Below, one piece after another: positions 57,548-64,000 of a DNA stretch of 64,000 nucleotides. The position numbers and the translations under genes are program-made. The DNA lies in assembly GCA_951406725.2 (NCBI GenBank), contig OX597830.1, positions 65,100,001 to 65,164,000 of the forward strand, in the 5' to 3' direction. Position 1 is the stretch's first letter; each line of letters starts with the position of its first letter. Origin of the DNA: Octopus vulgaris (Eukaryota). The notes beneath the pieces were generated by a model. It saw only the letters and a list, made by a program, of their open reading frames with translations. It was not told the DNA's origin and made no database searches.

Positions 57548-57836
57548 GAGTGAATTTGGTCGACGGAAACTGAAAGAAGCCCGTTGTGTGTATATATATA
57601 TATATATATAGTGTGTGTGTGTGTGTGTCTGTGTTTGTCCCCCAGCATAGCTTGACAACCGATGCTGGTGTGTTTAAGTCCTCGTAACTTAGCGGTTCGG
57701 CAAAATAGGCCGGTAGAATAAGTACTAGGCTTACAAAAGATAGGCCCGGGGGGGGGGGGGCAATTTATTCGACTAAAGGCAGTGCTCCAGCAAAGCCGCA
57801 GTCAAATGACTGAAACAAGCAAAAGAATAAAAGAAA
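57548..57836 (+). mobile_element. SINE family A, 5'-truncated
   Basis: Consensus match. Confidence 0.85.
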
Positions 57837-58315
57837 TACTATATATATTTATTGATCTAAATCTCTTTGAAACACAAACTGTAATTACAAAAACAAAAAA
57901 AAAAAAATGTTCTTCGAGCTACCTTTAAACCCAGCAACCTTAATGTGAAATATTAAGATTTAATGTACTTTTATGTCTATCGTTGAAAACTTAATGGCTA
58001 TCTCTACCAGTTATTGCAAACTGTCAAACTGTTTATCGAATTTGCAACTACGATATATAAAGTTGACGCAGTAACTGGATTTATTACGGTATTGATTGGT
58101 AAAATATATATTCATGGTTCAGTGACTTGGACGACACCCAATGGAAATTGGTGACATTTAATAAAGTATATGCTGCCATTTAGATTTTACAAATATCAGC
58201 TTAAATTTGATTGCAGCATGAAGTGTTTAGACTACCTAGTATAATTACACATACTCGTGTATTTGTGAGTGTATACATACATACTTACATACTACATATA
58301 TATGTATGTATGTAC

Positions 58316-58368
<53 letters not shown>

Positions 58369-58396
58369 CATACACACATACATATACACACATATA

Positions 58397-58621
58397 TACT
58401 CTTTTACTCTTTTACTTGTTTCAGTCATTTGACTGCGGCCATGCTGGAGCACCGCCTTTAGTCGAGCAAATCGACCCCGGGACTTATTCTTTGTAAGCCC
58501 AGTACTTATTCTATCGGTCTCTTTTGCCGAACCGCTAAGTGACGGGGACGTAAACACACCAGCATCGGTTGTCAAGCAATGCTAGGGGGACAAACACAGA
58601 CACACAAACACACACACACAC

Positions 58622-58677
<56 letters not shown>

Positions 58678-58838
58678 GACTGGCTTCTTTCAGTTTCCGT
58701 CTACCAAGTCTACTCACAAGGCATTGGTCGGCCCGAGGCTATAGCAGAAGACACTTGCCCAAGGTGCCACGCAGTGGGACTGAACCTGGAACCATGTGGT
58801 TGGTTAGCAAGCTACTTACCACACAGCCACTCCTGCGT
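58397..58838 (-). mobile_element. SINE family A, full length
   Basis: Consensus match. Confidence 0.9.
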
Positions 58839-58842
58839 TCCA

Positions 58843-58929
<87 letters not shown>

Positions 58930-59129
58930 TATATAGATATATGTTTATCTGTATGTATATTCTTATATTTAATATGGATGTGTACATGGTCATGTGTGTG
59001 TGCACGCGTGCTGTTTGCGCGCGTATGTATAAATATCATATTGAGCCGTGAGATAAATTCCTTTGTTATTCCACTTATTTTAATCCTTATTTTTCAACAG
59101 TTTTAAACAAATATTGAATAGTATTTTCT

Positions 59130-60310
59130 CTTATTTTCTTCTTCGTTGTTCATAACTTCTTACCAACGTTCATCCGACTTGCCAACGCCTTGACGGTAGG
59201 AAGAAATCACTGAGTGTTGACCCGAATTCATCGACTCATTCTTGAGCGTATCGCCAAGCACACCAATGGCGTGCGGCCGAAAAGAAGTAATAATCTGAAG
59301 GCTCTGATTCAGGAGTGGTAAATACACTCCGCCGGTTAGAACGACGAGGGTTCCAGTTGATCCGATCGACAGAACAGCCTGCTCGTCAAATTAACGTGCA
59401 AGTGACTGAGCACTCCACAGACAGGCATACACTTAACGTAGTTCTTAGGGAGATTCAATGGGACACAGAATGTGACAAAGGTTAGCCTTTTGAATTACAA
59501 ATACAACTTAGTTTTGCCAGCTGAGTCGACTGGAGCAACGTGAAATAAAGTGTCTTGCTCAAGGACACAATGTGTCACCGGGAATTGAACTCATGACTTT
59601 ACGATCATGAGCCGAATGTCCTGACCACTAAGCCACGCGCTTTCACATCTGGAACGGTAGAACTTCGCGAACAGGATCTTGAATAGCATTGCTTATGGTC
59701 AAATTAGCAATGCAGGAACAGGTTTTGTGGTATTGAATATGCACGTCGTATCGGCGATCGGATTGGCTCGTTGAACGGGTTTATCTACTGAACGTCGTTA
59801 TTTTCAAGAATTGTGTAATGGATTAGTCATTTCCTATCCTACCAAACACGGGTGATTCTCTTGTGTGAATGCAGCTCTGATTTGGTTTCAGGTGCTACTT
59901 ACTTGTCGGCCATTGCTTCCTCGACTTCAAGTTGATGTAAAACAAAACTTTCCATCTTCGATGACGATGCGGAAAAGAAGTCAAATCACCGTTTGTGTTC
60001 ACGAGTTTTTGGATCTTATCCATTGTGAGAAGGTGAAGAGCCAGCTTATCATAAGACCATCCCATGGGTCAATTCCCTTGTAAGAGCGTCCCAAGGATCA
60101 ATTCCCTTGTGCACTGGTGCGGATCCTCGTGTCTGAACTCATTCAATTGATCTGTGTTGAACTGAATAAGTCGGCCAGTAGGCAGAGGGTCTGTAAAGTC
60201 GAATTTCCCCCTCTTGAAGCGATAAAACCATCTCTGTGCAGTTCTTTCAGTAATAGCACCTTCTCTGTATCAAGGACAAATGTCAGGAGCGCAGATTTCA
60301 AAACATACAA
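59130..60310 (-). pseudogene. Decayed mariner transposase, near full length, interrupted by SINE C
   Basis: DICP*YREGAITERTAQRWFYRFKRGKFDFTDPLPTGR..HEDPHQCTREL (HTH), RIVIEDGK (cf. RIVTGDEKW), EPSDYYFF (cf. APSDYHLF), DERW*EVMNNE. Confidence 0.8.
59324..59648 (-). mobile_element. SINE family C nested in the mariner
   Basis: Reverse complement of the family C consensus. Confidence 0.88.
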
Positions 60311-60417
60311 GTGTATACAAACGACATGTGTATGTATATACACACATACACATGTCGTTTGTAGAAAACATAAATCCGGAGAATCACACTCTAAGATATA
60401 GAGCAGTGTATATTTTT

Positions 60418-60609
60418 TTACTGAGGAAGGTTGGTTTATTGTATTACCCTGGGTTTCCCGTCCATAACGGGCATAACTTTATGGCGTATCGTCAGACTCC
60501 AAAACCTGTGGGCCTAAGACCTCTTCAAAGTAAGTCTGACGATACGCCATAAAGTTAAACCCTTTATGGTCGGGAAACCCAGGGTAATCTCATAAACCGG
60601 CCTTCCTAG

Positions 60610-60612
<3 letters not shown>
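60418..60612. mobile_element. Inverted pair of hammerhead motifs (about 80-bp arms)
   Basis: Arms 60418-60498 and 60533-60612; + arm CTGACGA..ccataaag/ctttatgg..GAAA ccc-a-ggg TA. Confidence 0.78.
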
Positions 60613-60698
<86 letters not shown>

Positions 60699-60771
60699 TG
60701 CATACAACTGAACACATAAGTGCAAGACAAGGTCATGAGAAATAGAACACGAATATCGAAAACATCTTCAA

Positions 60772-60810
60772 GCTGTTACTTAGTTTTCACGTTACCGTTC
60801 GTCGGACAGT
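60772..60810 (-). ncRNA. Family G hammerhead motif
   Basis: Reverse complement actgt CCGACGA acg-gtaa-cgt GAAA actaag TA acagc. Confidence 0.55.
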
Positions 60811-60845
60811 ATATATGTATGTATCTATGTATGTATGTATGTATG

Positions 60846-60907
<62 letters not shown>

Positions 60908-61020
60908 TGTATGTATGTATGTATGTATGTATGTATGTATGCATATATGTATGTATGTATGTATGTATGTACCTATCTATCTATCTATCTATCCATCTAT
61001 CTATTTGTCTGTCTGTCTAC

Positions 61021-61069
<49 letters not shown>

Positions 61070-61146
61070 CATCTATCCATCTATCTATCTATCTATCTAT
61101 CTATCTGTCTGTATATCATCTATCTATCTATCTGTCTGTCTGTCTA

Positions 61147-61232
<86 letters not shown>

Positions 61233-61243
61233 TCCATCTATCC

Positions 61244-61303
<60 letters not shown>

Positions 61304-61308
61304 GTCTG

Positions 61309-61341
<33 letters not shown>

Positions 61342-61362
61342 TTGTCTGTCTGTCTATCTATC
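60811..61362. repeat. (TATG)n + (TATC/TGTC)n microsatellite
   Basis: Direct reading. Confidence 0.95.
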
Positions 61363-62052
61363 CCTCTAGCCCTGCGCCCTTACTTATATATAATGATGAC
61401 AAGACAACGACGGTAATGGTTGGGCTGTTCTTTTGAAACGAGGTCAACGTGAAACAATCCAACAGAAGCAAAACTAAGTTAGGGTATAATCGATATTTAC
61501 AACACTGATCTGGATTTATTAGACCAATACAGACAAAGTAATAATGACAATGATTTTGGATATTAACAACATGGCTGACACCTCAGAGCACGCTTCCGTA
61601 CCCTACGTAATATATTACATAATAAACAACATACTATAATACATATATAAATACATATTCCACACAATAAATATAGGGTAGCTTCTCAGTGATGTAATGC
61701 TGTGATTTGAATAACTTCGATTAATTGCAATTAACTATGCAAATATTAAACAGGCATTGTCTCTGGGGATGTTTCGAATGTAGAACCAGCAAGCCAGGGC
61801 GATAAAGCCTATAAAATCAATGAAGTGAAGTTATTGAAAATAAAAGAAAATGGAGTAAATGGGAATATGGTGATGGGATCTGGTCTATAAAAGCCAACTG
61901 GTTAAACGCAACAGACGCCTGTTCCGGTTACACACGCACACACACACACACGTATACACACACACACATACACATACATACATACACATGCATATATGTA
62001 TATGTGTCTACATAAATGCGTGTGCATAGTGGGAAGAGTGACGATGATTTGA

Positions 62053-62109
<57 letters not shown>

Positions 62110-62349
62110 ATATATGTATATATATATATATACACATACATAAGTGTGTGTGGGCACATACACACGTGCATAAACATACGCGCACGCACACATACATATA
62201 CATACACATACATACACACACACACATATATACATATACATAATACATAAACACACACACATATATATGTATATATATACATATATATATACATACACAT
62301 ACATACATTCACACACACACACACATATATACTTATACATCCCCCCCCC

Positions 62350-62391
<42 letters not shown>

Positions 62392-62939
62392 TATACACAC
62401 ACACGACTCCTGTGCGCATGTAGCTTTTGTTCATGTGTATATGCGTTGTGTATTAAGTGTGTATACGTACACAGTCGCCGCCATATATCAAGTTGGGAAA
62501 TGATAAATTCGAAATGTGTGTGAAAGAGCGAAAGAGATAGATTCTGCACGCATATGCATACAGACATACAAATAAATACATGTATGTGCGCATGCGCATT
62601 GTGTCAACGTCTGCTTAACTATACGCGTGTATATTCATATGCCTGATTGTGTTAGTGTATGCTTTTTTGATCGGAGTGGAGCAGTTAAAAGCATTTTTGG
62701 TAATGTTGTTAATCCGAAGTCAGAAACGCTGTAAATTCTGTTTACTTCTGATAGCTTTTATGTCTGCGATGTTCCAGTAAAACATAACAGAATGCTTTCC
62801 ACCGTTCTTACTCATACACTAACCTTCGCAAAACAACGAACCCTCATCATTCTTTGTTATTAAAAGCCTCGAGCATCGTCACCGGCTCCACGAATATCAT
62901 GAAAAACACACAGAGCGTACGGTACTTTAATTATAGACG

Positions 62940-63051
62940 CCATCTTGCTCCTCGCCCGCCTCATCTTCGTTGACTTTGTCATCGTCGTCGTTGTCGTCGT
63001 CATCAGGATGATGATGCTCATTATCATCATTGAGACGACCGTCATCACCGT

Positions 63052-63103
<52 letters not shown>

Positions 63104-63230
63104 GTCATCATCATCACCATCATCGTCAACATTATGAATATAATCATCATCGTCTCCACTATCATCATCACCAAAAACACCACCACCAAATCTGTCCTCA
63201 CCATCAGTAGCCAAGGGAGCAGCGCCATCG

Positions 63231-63266
<36 letters not shown>

Positions 63267-63300
63267 CCACGACCACTACCACCGCTACTATCATTGCTAC
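62940..63300. repeat. Degenerate (CAT)n region
   Basis: Direct reading. Confidence 0.9.
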
Positions 63301-63504
63301 CATGAGAGTAGCCAGTTTTGCGTCTTTATGTTTCGCTTTATTTGCTAGAAATAGCAGTCAAATTTCCTTCAAACCACATGCGTCTGCCTTTAATAGTATG
63401 TAGGGCATATTGTATGACTAAGGATTAGAGACACTTAATAAAGGGTGGAATGGTCAAAGACGAGAGGTCCTTCCTCATATATTTGCTTCATAATTGCCAA
63501 CTTA

Positions 63505-63822
63505 GAAGACGCGTGGCTTAGTGGTTAGAGTAAGCGGCTCACGACCATAAGGTCGTGAGATCGATTTCTGGTGCGCTGTGTCCTTGAGCAAGACACTTTA
63601 TTTCACATTGCTCCATTCCACTCAGCTGATAAAAATGAGTTACACCTGTAATTCAAATGGGGCAGCCTTGTCGCATTGTGTCAGACTGAATCGCCCTGAG
63701 AACTATGTTAAGGGTACACGAGTCTGTGGAGTACTCAGCCACTTGCACGTTAATTTGACGAGGAGGCTGTTCAGTTGGTCGGATCAACTGAAACGCTCGT
63801 CCACGTAACAGATGGAATGCCA
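63505..63822 (+). mobile_element. SINE family C
   Basis: gcgtggcttagtggttag..gtgtccttgagcaagacactttatttcac. Confidence 0.88.
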
Positions 63823-63839
63823 ATTTTTAACTTCGGGCA

Positions 63840-64000
63840 AGTAAATGCTAATGTTGGGCAGATCAGGGATATATTACTTCCACCGACAAAAAAGACATAT
63901 TCATTCCATGTGAAAGGCAGATTATGCGAGGCTTGTGTATGGACTGCAATGCTGCATGGCTTTGAGCCATGGATGGGCACTGATTGTGAGGACTATAGAA
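63840..64000 (+). pseudogene. RTE-type LINE relic running off the window edge
   Basis: VKGRLCEACVWTAMLHGFEPW resembles KGRLY..CVR.AMLHGSETW. Confidence 0.6.

Overview
AT-rich eukaryotic, apparently non-coding DNA saturated with microsatellites ((TA)n, (CA)n, (CATA)n, (GATA)n, (AAT)n, (CAT/CAC)n) and interspersed repeats. The repeat content strongly suggests an octopus (coleoid cephalopod) genome; this is inference from pattern recognition, not a database result. No intact host gene is supportable, and most ORFs in the track are translated microsatellites. Recognisable content: five tRNA-headed SINE families (called A-E here), a (TAA)n-associated non-autonomous element (F), decayed LINEs (RTE, CR1-like, L1/Tx1-like, R4/Dong-like, Hero-like), Penelope GIY-YIG relics, a decayed mariner and a 400-bp non-autonomous Helitron. 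The most interesting signal is a set of about eight sequence-distinct short elements carrying minimal type I hammerhead-ribozyme motifs (CUGANGA-stem II-GAAA-palindromic stem III-NUH), several as divergent inverted pairs. One is fused to a tRNA-derived Pol III head, making it a candidate Penelope-mobilised, ribozyme-bearing SINE. Several SINE 3' tails also match LINE 3' ends present in the same window. All alignments and folds were done by eye.
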